Assembly (NCBI GenBank): GCA_945859975.1
Contig: CAMAPH010000002.1
Span: forward strand, 91,768 to 155,767
DNA length: 64,000 bases
From: Chthonomonas calidirosea
GTDB taxonomy: Bacteria; Armatimonadota; Fimbriimonadia; Fimbriimonadales; Fimbriimonadaceae
Direction of reading: 5' to 3'
Position numbers and translations under genes: made by a program
The notes under the pieces: model-generated
Told to the model about the DNA's origin: nothing
Database searches by the model: none
The model's input: the letters and a program-made list of their open reading frames with translations, nothing else
Shown: positions 46,519-56,119 of the stretch, in pieces
How positions within the stretch are numbered: the first letter of the stretch is position 1
How the letters are laid out: every line of letters begins with the position of its first letter

Positions 46519-48481
46519 GGTTCGCGCCCATCTTTCGGAACTGCAGCCCGATGCCGAGGCTGTGCTTTCCTTCAGGAATTCCGATGCCTTCGTACACGTC
46601 GAACAGCCAGCAGTTCTCTAGCAAATCGGTCGGTGCCGAAGTGATCGCCGCTTGGATTTTGTCAAATGGCACTGACTTATCGATGAGAACCGCGATATCT
46701 CGACTGACCGCTGGGTTGCGGCTAATTGATTTCAGTTGCGGATTTTCTTGAGCATTTCGGAAGGCCGGATCAAGCCAGATTTCTGCGATGAACGTCGCTT
46801 CAGGCAAGTCGGAAGCCTCGGCCACAAGCGGATGAATTTGCCCCATGACTCCGATGCAGTCACCCGCACGGTCAAAAACTAACGCCCGACGTCCTGGATG
46901 GAATCGGCCCTCGTTAGGTAACTCGTCTGCGGTGAACCGTGCCTTGATGCCAACACTTCGAAGCACCGATTCCAGTTCCGCCTTCAACGAATAGAAATCA
47001 GCAACCGGTGGCTGATCGCTCGCGCGATTTGCAGGTTGGAGCTTGCCGGTGGAGAGAACAGCCATAAAGGCTAGTTCTCGATGTCCATCTTCATCATTCT
47101 CGAAAACCTTCCCAACCTCGAAAAGGTGAACGTCTTTGCCGCCGTTGCGCAGTGCCGCTTCCGTCAGACCCGGCAAGAGCGAGTTGCGCAGTAGCGCAAG
47201 CTCTGGCGAGCCCGGATTTCGGGGGCCAACGCGTTCGGTCGGGGCGTCCAGAGGGTGCTCCGATCGTAGCGTGTGACTGACAACCTGCACATAGCCGAGC
47301 CGAATCATGCCTTCGACGACGGCATCGGAGAGTCGATACTTGCCATGCACTCCGCCCATCGTGGTGTGTCCAACCGGGAGTTCTTCGGGGATCCGCTGGT
47401 AGCCGTGGACTCTTCCGAGTTCTTCGACGACGTCCTCTGCGCGCACGACATCAGGGCGCCAACTTGGGACTTTCACCTTGAGCGGTTCGGTGGCGAGGAT
47501 TTCGAAGCCTAGCGCCGAAAGGTAGCGACTGGCTTCATCAAGGGTGATCTCCATGCCAAGAAGCCGCGAGGCACGAGCGAGCTCAAGTTCAACAGAGACT
47601 TCTGCGGGCTCACTTCGAACGACATCGGTCAGTTCGGAGATCGAAACATCTGGCAGAACCGTCGTCAGCAATTGAAGAAATCGCCGAATCGCGACGTCCG
47701 TGATCTTGGGGTCAACGCTGCGCTCGAATCGGTAGCTCGCCTCTGTGTTGAGTCCAAGCTGCTTTCGTGTTTTGCGGACGGAGGTGTTGACGAAGTGGGC
47801 TGATTCCAAAAGGATCGCGGTCGTTGAATCGTCCACTTCCGTGTCGAATCCGCCCATCACTCCGGCTACTCCGACCGGTCGCGATGCGTCGCAAATCATG
47901 AGTTGGCCCGCGGTCAGGTTGCGGTCGACGCCGTCCAGCGTCTTGATCGTCTCACCGTCTCTCGCTTCGCGGACGACGATCTCTTTTCCGAGCTTTCCGA
48001 GGTCGTATGCGTGCAGCGGCTGGCCGATTTCCAGCATCACGTAGTTCGTGAGGTCGACCAGCAGGCTTATTGAGCGCATTCCGATCCGCTCAAGTCGATA
48101 CTTGATCCAGTCCGGAGTGGCGGCACTAGAGATGCCGGAGACGGTCACACAGGCGAACCGATTGCATAACGCCGAATCGATGCGGACCAAAGCCTCCGCC
48201 GGTCGAGACGTAGCCACGTTTGGGAAGCCCGACTTGGCCGCAAGATAGAGTTCGGTCGGCTGGCTGTCGGCGTCCTTAGCAAGAACTTCGCGAGCGAGGC
48301 CGAGAATGCTGAGCCCGTCGCCGCGGTTCGACATCACTTTGACGTCGAGAATAGGATCTTCTGAAGTTTCCTCTTCAATCCCCTCAAGCTCAAAGCCGGC
48401 CATCGTGAGCAGGTCGCCCAGGGCTTCGGCATTAAGGGAAGTCGCGACGTAGTCGCGCATCGTGGAGTAGGTGAACTTCAT
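46442..48481 (-). CDS. pheT: Phenylalanine-tRNA ligase beta subunit (short form)
   Basis: NRGDGLS, EIGQPLHAYD, SYRFER, RPDV..AEDVVEELGR, FDVYEG anticodon-binding domain. Confidence 0.95.
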   Translation of the reverse strand: MKFTYSTMRDYVATSLNAEALGDLLTMAGFELEGIEEETSEDPILDVKVMSNRGDGLSILGLAREVLAKDADSQPTELYLAAKSGFPNVATSRPAEALVRIDSALCNRFACVTVSGISSAATPDWIKYRLERIGMRSISLLVDLTNYVMLEIGQPLHAYDLGKLGKEIVVREARDGETIKTLDGVDRNLTAGQLMICDASRPVGVAGVMGGFDTEVDDSTTAILLESAHFVNTSVRKTRKQLGLNTEASYRFERSVDPKITDVAIRRFLQLLTTVLPDVSISELTDVVRSEPAEVSVELELARASRLLGMEITLDEASRYLSALGFEILATEPLKVKVPSWRPDVVRAEDVVEELGRVHGYQRIPEELPVGHTTMGGVHGKYRLSDAVVEGMIRLGYVQVVSHTLRSEHPLDAPTERVGPRNPGSPELALLRNSLLPGLTEAALRNGGKDVHLFEVGKVFENDEDGHRELAFMAVLSTGKLQPANRASDQPPVADFYSLKAELESVLRSVGIKARFTADELPNEGRFHPGRRALVFDRAGDCIGVMGQIHPLVAEASDLPEATFIAEIWLDPAFRNAQENPQLKSISRNPAVSRDIAVLIDKSVPFDKIQAAITSAPTDLLENCWLFDVYEGIGIPEGKHSLGIGLQFRKMGANLTDEEGNQARDAIVAAIVELGGILR

Positions 48482-48540
48482 GCGTCGGACAGTTTACTAG
48501 CGGCCCCTGATTTGGGGCCGCTAGGGCGAGACGGAATGTC

Positions 48541-49635
48541 TCAGCTTGGGATCAGCTTAAGGAAGGAAGTGCGCTCGGACTCAGGGACTTGGATGCCCTC
48601 TTCGTACTTGGCAATCTTCTGCCAAAGCATGTTGGCCTTCTTGGTTGCCTTCTCGTAGTCGAAGCCTTCAAACACGGCACCAGGTCGCATCTCGCCGTCG
48701 ACCTCGGGCACTCGGCGCGAAGCGCGAATTCCAGCCTCAACTGCCTTCAGATCGTCAATGCCAAGTGCTTCTAGAGCAACCTTCGCAACGTCTCGCGAAT
48801 ACTGTCGCATACCGAAGATCGCCGACTTGTGCAGGATCGTCGCAAACTCATCGTAGTCTGGAATGATGTGGCGGGCAGGCATCGCGAAGTGGCGAAGCAC
48901 CTCGACGCAGACCTCGGTCGCTCGCTCTGGGAAGAAGTACATCAGCAACCAGCAACCTTCAAGGAAGAAGGCATAGTGGGCGCTTTCGTCCATCGCGATA
49001 AAGCGACAAGCATCGACGAAAACTGGATCGTAATCCGTCGTAAGCGTGCTTGCATTCCAGTTTCCTTTTGCTACCAAACCAAGGTTAAGGTAGTTGATCT
49101 GGGTTGCGCGTTCTTGGAAGACGGTATAGAAGAACATGTGGATGGGATCTTCCCAAGGAAGGTGCCATTGTTGTCCTCTTAAGTTGTAGCTGTACTCCTC
49201 AATCTCGTCCGTCGTCATCGCCTTCGTGAAGATGAGGGAGTTGCGCCAGAGGTCGCTATGTCGCTCTTCCTCGGCGCCCCATCGAAGGTGGAACTGCACC
49301 CGCCCATAGCTTTGGCGGAACATCTTGAGGCCTTCCGAAACGTAGTCTGGGATGTACTGCTCGACGGCATAGAATCCACGCAGAATCGTGTTGAATTCTT
49401 CGGTGTGGTCCGTTCGAACTTTCGACCATTCGATCGACGTGTCTGGGTTCCAGTTTCGGGCACGTTGCGATTTCTCGGTGTACCACCGATAGAGACCGTA
49501 GAGGCAGCGTTCCAAACAGAGCCATCGCTCTTGAATGGAATAGTTTCCTACCGGGCCAGACGGGAGATTATCTTCGTACCACTGGACCAGGGAGCGAGGA
49601 ACGATTTCGTCCTTGTAACAATTAACTTGCGTCAT
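48541..49635 (-). CDS. Acyl-ACP desaturase-like ferritin-fold diiron protein
   Basis: WGAEEERH, FQERAT, IAMDESAH diiron motifs, F.MP. Confidence 0.85.
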   Translation of the reverse strand: MTQVNCYKDEIVPRSLVQWYEDNLPSGPVGNYSIQERWLCLERCLYGLYRWYTEKSQRARNWNPDTSIEWSKVRTDHTEEFNTILRGFYAVEQYIPDYVSEGLKMFRQSYGRVQFHLRWGAEEERHSDLWRNSLIFTKAMTTDEIEEYSYNLRGQQWHLPWEDPIHMFFYTVFQERATQINYLNLGLVAKGNWNASTLTTDYDPVFVDACRFIAMDESAHYAFFLEGCWLLMYFFPERATEVCVEVLRHFAMPARHIIPDYDEFATILHKSAIFGMRQYSRDVAKVALEALGIDDLKAVEAGIRASRRVPEVDGEMRPGAVFEGFDYEKATKKANMLWQKIAKYEEGIQVPESERTSFLKLIPS

Positions 49636-49812
49636 TTCTATAAGTCCTGGTGTGACCACTCTCGAAGATGCATTGCATCATCATCACTCGGATGTGTCAT
49701 CAACTCTGCCTTCATCCCGGTGCACCCTCGGCCAAAGGTGAATGCAGCTACTGAACGTGTTTTACGTGCTGTACTACTCATTCTAGCGGTTTTCGTCTTT
49801 GCTTTTCCGAAC

Positions 49813-50820
49813 CTACGCGGCAATTCCTTGGAATTGGGACAAGAACCTCAAATCGTTCTCCAGGAACAACCGGAGGTCATCCACACCGTAGGCCATCATC
49901 GGGATTCGCTCGACTCCTAAGCCAAAGGCGAACCCAGAATACTTCTGAGGGTCGATTCCGTTGGCCTCGAGGATGTTTGGATGGATGAGGCCAGCGCCGC
50001 CAAGCTCCACCCATCGGCCGTTGAAGAGCTTCGGTGACGAAATCGCGTAATCCACGCCCGGCTCCACGAACGGGAAGAAATCGGGACGGAATCGCACCTT
50101 GACCTCCGGTCCAAACATCGCTCGGGCGAAGGTGCCCAACGTTCCCTTGAGGTGCGCCATGGAGACGTTCTCGTCAATCATGAAGCAGTCGACCTGGTGG
50201 AACGTGTGGTTATGGGTTCGGTCGACGGCCTCGTTTCGGAAGGTTCGGCCGACGGTGAACACTCTCAGCGGCGGCTTCTCCTGCGCGAAGATTCGGCCTT
50301 GGAGTGCGGTGCACTGGGTTCGCAGCACGAGGTCGTCCGCAACGTAGAACGTGTCCTGGTCGTCCATGGCCGGGTGATCGGGAGGGTAGTTCAGGGCATC
50401 GAAGTTGTACTTAAAGTCCTCAAGCTCTGGGCCTTCTTCGTAGCGAAATCCGAGGCCGCCGAGCACGCGCTTGATCTTGAGCGTTGTGAGGTGCAGGATG
50501 TGAGCATAGCCGACTCGGGTCTGCCGTCCTGGCATCGTGACATCGATCTTTTCGGCTTCGAAGCGATGCGCCATCTCGACATCACGCAAAGCGGAAAATC
50601 GATTGTCGATCGATTCTTGAACGGTAGCCTTTGCCGTATTGACCGCGGCCCCGAATGCGGGTTTTTCTTCGGCGGACAGCGAACCCATTTGCCGCATGAG
50701 CGAAGTGATCAGCCCGTTCTTGCCAAGATATTTGATCTCAATTTGTTTGAGATCAGCCGTAGATGCTGCGGCGGTGATTTCGTCCTGCGCCGCCAAAACC
50801 AGCGAACCTACGTTTTCCAT
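49813..50820 (-). CDS. pheS: Phenylalanine-tRNA ligase alpha subunit
   Basis: NFDALNYPPDHPA, FHQVD, FPFVEP, GFAFGLGVER. Confidence 0.97.
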   Translation of the reverse strand: MENVGSLVLAAQDEITAAASTADLKQIEIKYLGKNGLITSLMRQMGSLSAEEKPAFGAAVNTAKATVQESIDNRFSALRDVEMAHRFEAEKIDVTMPGRQTRVGYAHILHLTTLKIKRVLGGLGFRYEEGPELEDFKYNFDALNYPPDHPAMDDQDTFYVADDLVLRTQCTALQGRIFAQEKPPLRVFTVGRTFRNEAVDRTHNHTFHQVDCFMIDENVSMAHLKGTLGTFARAMFGPEVKVRFRPDFFPFVEPGVDYAISSPKLFNGRWVELGGAGLIHPNILEANGIDPQKYSGFAFGLGVERIPMMAYGVDDLRLFLENDLRFLSQFQGIAA

Positions 50821-50840
50821 GTGCCGCTCATTTTGACACG

Positions 50841-52100
50841 ATGGGCATTGGCGAAATGCGGACGCTAAACTGTGGTGTGGTTACCGAGCGCATCAGTCTG
50901 CATGGCGATCTTCTGGACAAGAATCTTTTGGGCCAGGTCCTAGATCTTCTGAACGCGCACGGCGTTCAATTTGCCACCAAGAAGTTTCATGTTGGCGAGT
51001 GGAGCCAAATGCCTTCGATCATCGAGATCTCCATTTCTGCGGACACGATGGACCGCCTGAACGAGACTCTGGAGGCTCTGCGTCCCCTTGGCGCAACCTT
51101 CTCGCTCGAAAACGCTACGCTCGCCGTCGCGGAGCAAGATGGCGTTTTGCCGGAAGACTTCCACAGCACCACCAACTTCCCCACTCAGGTCCTCATTGAC
51201 GGGCACCGGATCGATGTCGAGAGGCTGGAGATGGACTGTGGCATTCGAGTTTGGCAAGACCAGGGCCGCTGGCGAGCCGAAACTTGCCCGATGCATCGCG
51301 TCATCAAGGGTGACCTATTGGTCGTCGGTTGGGATGGCGTGCGGGTGAGCCCGGAAACCGAGGAAGCCGATGAGCAGGAAGCCTTCCGCTTTATGAGCAA
51401 CGACATCAGCTCAGAGCGTCCGAAGTCCCGCATGATCGCCCAAGCCGCCGCACACATTCGCGAGGCCCGTGCAAAGGGCGAAAAGGTGCTGCTCGTCGGC
51501 GGTCCCGCCATCATCCATTCCGGCTGTGGGCCGGTGCTTGCTCAGCTCATTCAGAACGGCTGGATTACGCTGCTCTTCGCGGGCAACGCACTTGCCGCGC
51601 ACGACATCGAATCCGAGATGCTCGGAACGTCTCTCGGCGTTGATCTCGGAACCGGGCAGAGCAAGACTCACGGACATACCCACCATCTGCGCGCGATCAA
51701 CCGTGTGCGCCGCGCGGGCAGCATTCAAGCTGCCGTTGAGACCGGCCTCATCACGGCGGGTGCAATGCATGCCTGCATCAAAACGGGCACGCCGTTTGTA
51801 CTTTGCGGCTCGATTCGAGACGACGGCCCATTGCCGGATGTCATTACGGACAACGTGCTCGCCGTGGACACGATGCGCGAGCACGTCGGGAACGTTGGCG
51901 TGTGCCTGATGGTCGCGACGACCCTTCACAGCGTTGCTACTGGCAACATCCTTCCGGCCAAGGTCAAGACTTACTGCGTCGATTCCGATGCGGATACCGT
52001 GATCAAACTCACTGACCGTGGCACCCACCAGGCGGTCGGGATCGTGACCGATTGCGAGTTCTTTATGAAGGAACTGTCCGCCCAACTCGGAACCAACTGA
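50841..52100 (+). CDS. TIGR00300 / LOR-SDH-like protein (ornithine cyclodeaminase type, related to the ArgZ/AgrE C-terminal domain)
   Basis: DGVLPEDFHSTTN, MDCGI, FMSNDISSERP, GNALAAHDIE, GSIRDDGPLP, KLTDRG. Confidence 0.85.
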   Translation: MGIGEMRTLNCGVVTERISLHGDLLDKNLLGQVLDLLNAHGVQFATKKFHVGEWSQMPSIIEISISADTMDRLNETLEALRPLGATFSLENATLAVAEQDGVLPEDFHSTTNFPTQVLIDGHRIDVERLEMDCGIRVWQDQGRWRAETCPMHRVIKGDLLVVGWDGVRVSPETEEADEQEAFRFMSNDISSERPKSRMIAQAAAHIREARAKGEKVLLVGGPAIIHSGCGPVLAQLIQNGWITLLFAGNALAAHDIESEMLGTSLGVDLGTGQSKTHGHTHHLRAINRVRRAGSIQAAVETGLITAGAMHACIKTGTPFVLCGSIRDDGPLPDVITDNVLAVDTMREHVGNVGVCLMVATTLHSVATGNILPAKVKTYCVDSDADTVIKLTDRGTHQAVGIVTDCEFFMKELSAQLGTN

Positions 52101-52131
52101 AACAATTTCATCCGAAGATCCCAAAAACTGG

Positions 52132-52160
52132 CGCCTTGGTAGACACTGTCTACCAAGGCG
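52132..52160. promoter_or_regulatory. Perfect 29-bp palindrome, probable TetR operator
   Basis: CGCCTTGGTAGACA-C-TGTCTACCAAGGCG. The 1-nt centre argues against an RNA hairpin. Lies just before TAGGGT (52164-52169) and the operon start. Confidence 0.75.
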
Positions 52161-52180
52161 TGGTAGGGTGACGCTGGCTC

Positions 52181-53506
52181 ATGAAAATGGATCATCCGAC
52201 CGTCCTCAAAGTGAAGGCGCAACCTCCGGCAGCGGAACCAACGCGAATTACTGCCCAAGAACTCCGCCAGCTCTGCCTCGATTGCGGTGCCGACGATGCC
52301 GGTGTGGTTCTCCTGGAGCGCCCGGAGCTTGATACGGAGCGTTCTTACATCCTGAAGGCCCTCCCTTCTACTCAGGCGGTCATTTCCTTTGTTGTCCGAA
52401 TGTCACCCGAAGCCGTCCGCTCGACCGCCCGAAGCGTGGCGAATCAAGAATTCCATGCCGCGACCAAGGAACTCACCCACATTGCAAGGGCCATTTCGAA
52501 AGCTTTGCGAGACCGGGGGATCAGGTCGCTCCCGACCGCCGCCGGATTTCCGATGGAAATGACGGAGCTGCCGGGCCGAAGTTGGATTGTCGCGCACAAG
52601 GTCGTGGCCGAAGCCGCGGGCATGGGCAAAATGGGGATTCACCGGAATGTCATCCATCCGATCTTCGGCAACTTCATCTTGCTGGACAGCATTCTCATCG
52701 ACACGGCGCCAACCGATGACAGCCAGCCGATCGATTACAACCCGTGTCTCGAATGCAAGCTTTGCGTGGCCGCTTGCCCGGTCGGGGCAATTGCGCCAGA
52801 TGGTCACTTCGATGCCGTGGCGTGCCTCAACCACAACTATCGTGAATTCTTTGGTGGGTTTATCGACTGGGTGGATACCGTCGCGGATAGCAAGAACCGG
52901 CACGAGTACCAAAGGAAGGTGGAAGACACGGAAACCGCAAGCCTTTGGCAAAGCCTATCGTTTGGTGCGAACTACAAATCGGCTTACTGCGTTGCGGCTT
53001 GCCCGGCTGGGGAGGACGTGATCGGGCCGTTTCTTCGAAACAAAGCAAAGTTCATCAAGGAAGTTTTGAATCCGTTGCAGGAGAAGGAGGAGCGAATCTA
53101 CGTGGTGCCGGGAACGGACGCGGATGCATACGTGCAGAAACGATTCCCCCACAAAACGGTCCGGCACATTGGAAGCGGGATTAGGCCACGGACCCTTGCA
53201 AAGTTTCTCGAAGCGATGCCCCTTGGCTTCCAACGCGGAAAAGCCCGTGGCCTTTTGCTACGACTGCACTTTACGTTCACCGGGCCCGAGCCTGGTCAAT
53301 TCACGTTCACGATTGCGAATCAAAAGCTCAACATCGAACGCTCCCACACCGGGACTCCGGATCTTTCTGTCACCGTGAACTCCCGAGCTTGGCTGGATTT
53401 TGTTTCGAAGCGGCGTTCGTTGCCAAATCTCCTTCTCACCCGAGCCCTCCGGCTGCGTGGAAATCCCAAACACCTGGCTGCTTTTGGAAAGTGCTTCCCC
53501 GGATAA
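52181..53506 (+). CDS. QueG/reductive-dehalogenase-like Fe-S protein fused to an SCP2 sterol-binding domain
   Basis: GADDAG, AAGMGKMG, HPIFGNFILL, CLECKLCVAACPVGAI, YCVAACP, and a C-terminal SCP2-like LHFTFTG...PDLSVT. Confidence 0.8.
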   Translation: MKMDHPTVLKVKAQPPAAEPTRITAQELRQLCLDCGADDAGVVLLERPELDTERSYILKALPSTQAVISFVVRMSPEAVRSTARSVANQEFHAATKELTHIARAISKALRDRGIRSLPTAAGFPMEMTELPGRSWIVAHKVVAEAAGMGKMGIHRNVIHPIFGNFILLDSILIDTAPTDDSQPIDYNPCLECKLCVAACPVGAIAPDGHFDAVACLNHNYREFFGGFIDWVDTVADSKNRHEYQRKVEDTETASLWQSLSFGANYKSAYCVAACPAGEDVIGPFLRNKAKFIKEVLNPLQEKEERIYVVPGTDADAYVQKRFPHKTVRHIGSGIRPRTLAKFLEAMPLGFQRGKARGLLLRLHFTFTGPEPGQFTFTIANQKLNIERSHTGTPDLSVTVNSRAWLDFVSKRRSLPNLLLTRALRLRGNPKHLAAFGKCFPG

Positions 53507-53512
53507 TTGAAC

Positions 53513-54307
53513 ATGAATCAACGCCTGAAATCTCAGTACGGCCCTTGGGCCATTGTCACTGGTGCATCCTCCGGCATCGGGCAAGCGTTTGCCACTGAGC
53601 TTGCCACCGCCGGGCTCAATGTCGTCCTGGTCGCCCGAAACGAGTCTGCTCTAGCCAATCTCGAATTGATTCTTCGGAAGGCGCACTCCATCCAAACCCG
53701 GGTGATCGTGGCCGATTTAGCCGAGAGAGCCGGGGTGATCAGCGTTACAGAAGGCACCAAAGATCTCGAAATCGGACTACTGGTTGCATCGGCTGGGTTT
53801 GGCTCATCGGGGCCGTTCCTTGCCGCCGATATCGCGGAACACCAAAACATGCTCAGCGTCAATTGCGATGCGCTGATGACGCTGACTCACGGCATCGGGG
53901 CTCGACTCAATGCACAACGCCGAGGCGGGGTCATTCTGCTCTCCAGCCTCCTGGCTTGGCAGGGGGTGCCGAACTCGGCGGTTTATGCCGCGAGCAAGGG
54001 GTTTGTGCAATCGCTTGCGGAAGGTTTGTCGCTGGAATGGAAATCGAACGGCGTGGACGTGCTGAGTTGTGCGCCCGGGCCGGTGCTCACCGCCTTCGAA
54101 AAGCGAGCGAATATGACGATCAAGGCCGGCGCGACCGCCGAGCAGGTCGCCAAGGCATCGCTCCGCGCCCTCGGGAGGCGCTCATTGGTCATTCCCGGAG
54201 TGCTTTCAAAAGTTCTCAGCTATTCGCTATTCACCTGTCCGCGCCCTTGGCGGGTCCATATCATGAAGCAGGTGATGGCGGGACTCTCGAACTACGGAAA
54301 GTCGTAG
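53513..54307 (+). CDS. Short-chain dehydrogenase/reductase
   Basis: TGASSGIG, LVASAG, YAASK. Confidence 0.93.
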   Translation: MNQRLKSQYGPWAIVTGASSGIGQAFATELATAGLNVVLVARNESALANLELILRKAHSIQTRVIVADLAERAGVISVTEGTKDLEIGLLVASAGFGSSGPFLAADIAEHQNMLSVNCDALMTLTHGIGARLNAQRRGGVILLSSLLAWQGVPNSAVYAASKGFVQSLAEGLSLEWKSNGVDVLSCAPGPVLTAFEKRANMTIKAGATAEQVAKASLRALGRRSLVIPGVLSKVLSYSLFTCPRPWRVHIMKQVMAGLSNYGKS

Positions 54308-54321
54308 ACTTGACGTCACTG

Positions 54322-54984
54322 ATGTCGGAACTCTCCAACCCAACTCGGGCGGATCGGTCAGGGCTTGGCGTGCGCGAAGCATGTATTCAGGAAGCCCTGA
54401 ACATCATCGCGACCGACGGGATTGAGAACCTGAGCCTCCGCGAAGTTGCACGCCGACTTTCGATTTCCCATCAGGCGCCATACAAGCACTTCCCTAACCG
54501 TGAAGATTTGCTGGCCGAGGTCATCGGGCGGGCATTCGACGACTTCGCGACTTTTCTCCATTCTCGTCCGGTGGCCGAGCACCCTCAGCAGGACCTTGGC
54601 GAGATCGGCCAAAGGTATCTAACTTATGCCCGGGTAAAGCCGCTCCAGTACCGGCTGATGTTCGAGACGCCCTTTCCAAACCTCCATCGCCACGCGGGAC
54701 TAGAACAAAAGGCGACGGCCGCCTTCGGCCTTCTTCACGACGCGATTCGGCGGTTGCGCGGCAACGACAATCCCGAAGCGAACCGGGAGTTGGCGCTTTT
54801 TGCTTGGTCCACCGTACATGGTTTGGCTTCGATCACGACGAACGGCGCATTGCCGGCGGTCGGAATTTCTGCCCCGGATGCGCAATCCCGCGCGGTCGAA
54901 CATGTGCTGGCCATGATCTGCAACGGCATCGTCGCGCCTTCTCCGTTCACAATATCGAAGCCCAATGAGCCAACCAAACCCTGA
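54322..54984 (+). CDS. TetR/AcrR family regulator with a WHG-type C-terminal domain
   Basis: LSLREVARRLSISHQAPYKHF, AWSTVHGL. Confidence 0.9.
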   Translation: MSELSNPTRADRSGLGVREACIQEALNIIATDGIENLSLREVARRLSISHQAPYKHFPNREDLLAEVIGRAFDDFATFLHSRPVAEHPQQDLGEIGQRYLTYARVKPLQYRLMFETPFPNLHRHAGLEQKATAAFGLLHDAIRRLRGNDNPEANRELALFAWSTVHGLASITTNGALPAVGISAPDAQSRAVEHVLAMICNGIVAPSPFTISKPNEPTKP

Positions 54985-55975
54985 AAGCTGGCAGCGCATG
55001 GTGTTGAAATCCATGCCAAAACCGCTTTGGCTCACCCAAGAGGGCCCGCATCGCGATGTCTGTCTGAGCACCCGCGTTCGGATTATGCGAAACCTTGTGG
55101 GCCATCGGTTTCCTACCTTTGCCGACCCCGAGGAGCTAAATGGGATCATGGCGGAGGTTCTTGCCGCGACCGAGGTGGAAAAGTTTGAATCGACGAAAAA
55201 CCTCACCAACGCGGAGCGGGACTACCTCGTTGCCTCGCGTCTCGTCAGCCCGGAATTTCCTTGGACCCTCCCCGGCCGTGCCCTGCTGACTAACCAAGAA
55301 CGCAGCCTTTGCGTGATGGTGAATGAGGAGGACCACGTCCGCGCGCAGGCGATTCTCGGCGGATGGAACCTAGACGCGGCCAGCCCTTTGGTCTCGGGCC
55401 TCATCAAGCGGATGGCGGGCAAACTCGATTTCTGCACTCACCCCAAATTCGGCTACCTGGCCGCATCGCCGCCCAACTGTGGATCGGGCCGTAGGACGAG
55501 CATTTTCTTCCACCTCATCGGCCTCGCCCACTCCAAACGTCTACCATCTGTCCTCCAAGCTCTGGCAACCAAGAACATCGTTGTTAGAGGGCTCTTTGGC
55601 GAATCGAGCCGAGCGATCGGTGCCTTTTTGCAGGTGAGCGTTTTGCGAGAGGAAGACGCCGAGTTTCGGGGTGCCTGCGAATATTTGGTGCAGCAAGAGC
55701 GGATCGCCCGTGAGGACCGGCTGAGCGGGCAATTGCGAACTCGGGCCGATCAGGCTCGGGATTTTGCGCTCGCGAACCGGACTCTGTCGCTCGCCGACTC
55801 CGTCCGAATCCTTGGCTGGATTCGCTGGGCTGCCGCCGAAAAACTTTCCACCTTCCCCGCGACCGTGCTTTCGGTCGATCACGTTTTGGCATCTCTAGAA
55901 CTCCGGCCAACTCTCGGTGAGGACGCGGCGGGCACCACCCGCGCCGACCTTATCCACCAATTGTGCGAAAGCTAA
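54965..55975 (+). CDS. ATP:guanido phosphotransferase, McsB-like protein arginine kinase
   Basis: STRVRIMRNL, MVNEEDH, FGYL, VRGLFGE, FLQVS. Confidence 0.8.
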   Translation: MSQPNPESWQRMVLKSMPKPLWLTQEGPHRDVCLSTRVRIMRNLVGHRFPTFADPEELNGIMAEVLAATEVEKFESTKNLTNAERDYLVASRLVSPEFPWTLPGRALLTNQERSLCVMVNEEDHVRAQAILGGWNLDAASPLVSGLIKRMAGKLDFCTHPKFGYLAASPPNCGSGRRTSIFFHLIGLAHSKRLPSVLQALATKNIVVRGLFGESSRAIGAFLQVSVLREEDAEFRGACEYLVQQERIAREDRLSGQLRTRADQARDFALANRTLSLADSVRILGWIRWAAAEKLSTFPATVLSVDHVLASLELRPTLGEDAAGTTRADLIHQLCES

Positions 55976-56051
55976 GGGAAAACCCGTTAGCAACCATTCC
56001 CTCTGGAAAACTCCGTGGAAAAGCTGCGTCAAACATTCGGAAAAATTATGC

Positions 56052-56081
56052 TTGACACACAACCGCTTGTGGTTGAATAAT
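56052..56081 (+). promoter_or_regulatory. Sigma70-type promoter of nrdR-nrdJ
   Basis: TTGACA (56052-56057), 18-nt spacer, AATAAT (56076-56081). Confidence 0.7.
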
Positions 56082-56104
56082 GTTTGTAACCCAATATGTT
56101 GGGT
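56057..56104. promoter_or_regulatory. Tandem NrdR boxes
   Basis: ACCCAATATGTTGGGT (56089-56104) fits acaCwAtATaTwGtgt. A weaker ACACAACCGCTTGTGG (56057-56072) starts 32 bp upstream. Confidence 0.7.
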
Positions 56105-56119
56105 TGGAGTCTAAAGAAA

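Noticed and set aside
53863-54321. Long N-terminal extension of the TetR ORF
   Set aside because: It overlaps the SDR gene in another frame. The HTH begins after ATG 54322.
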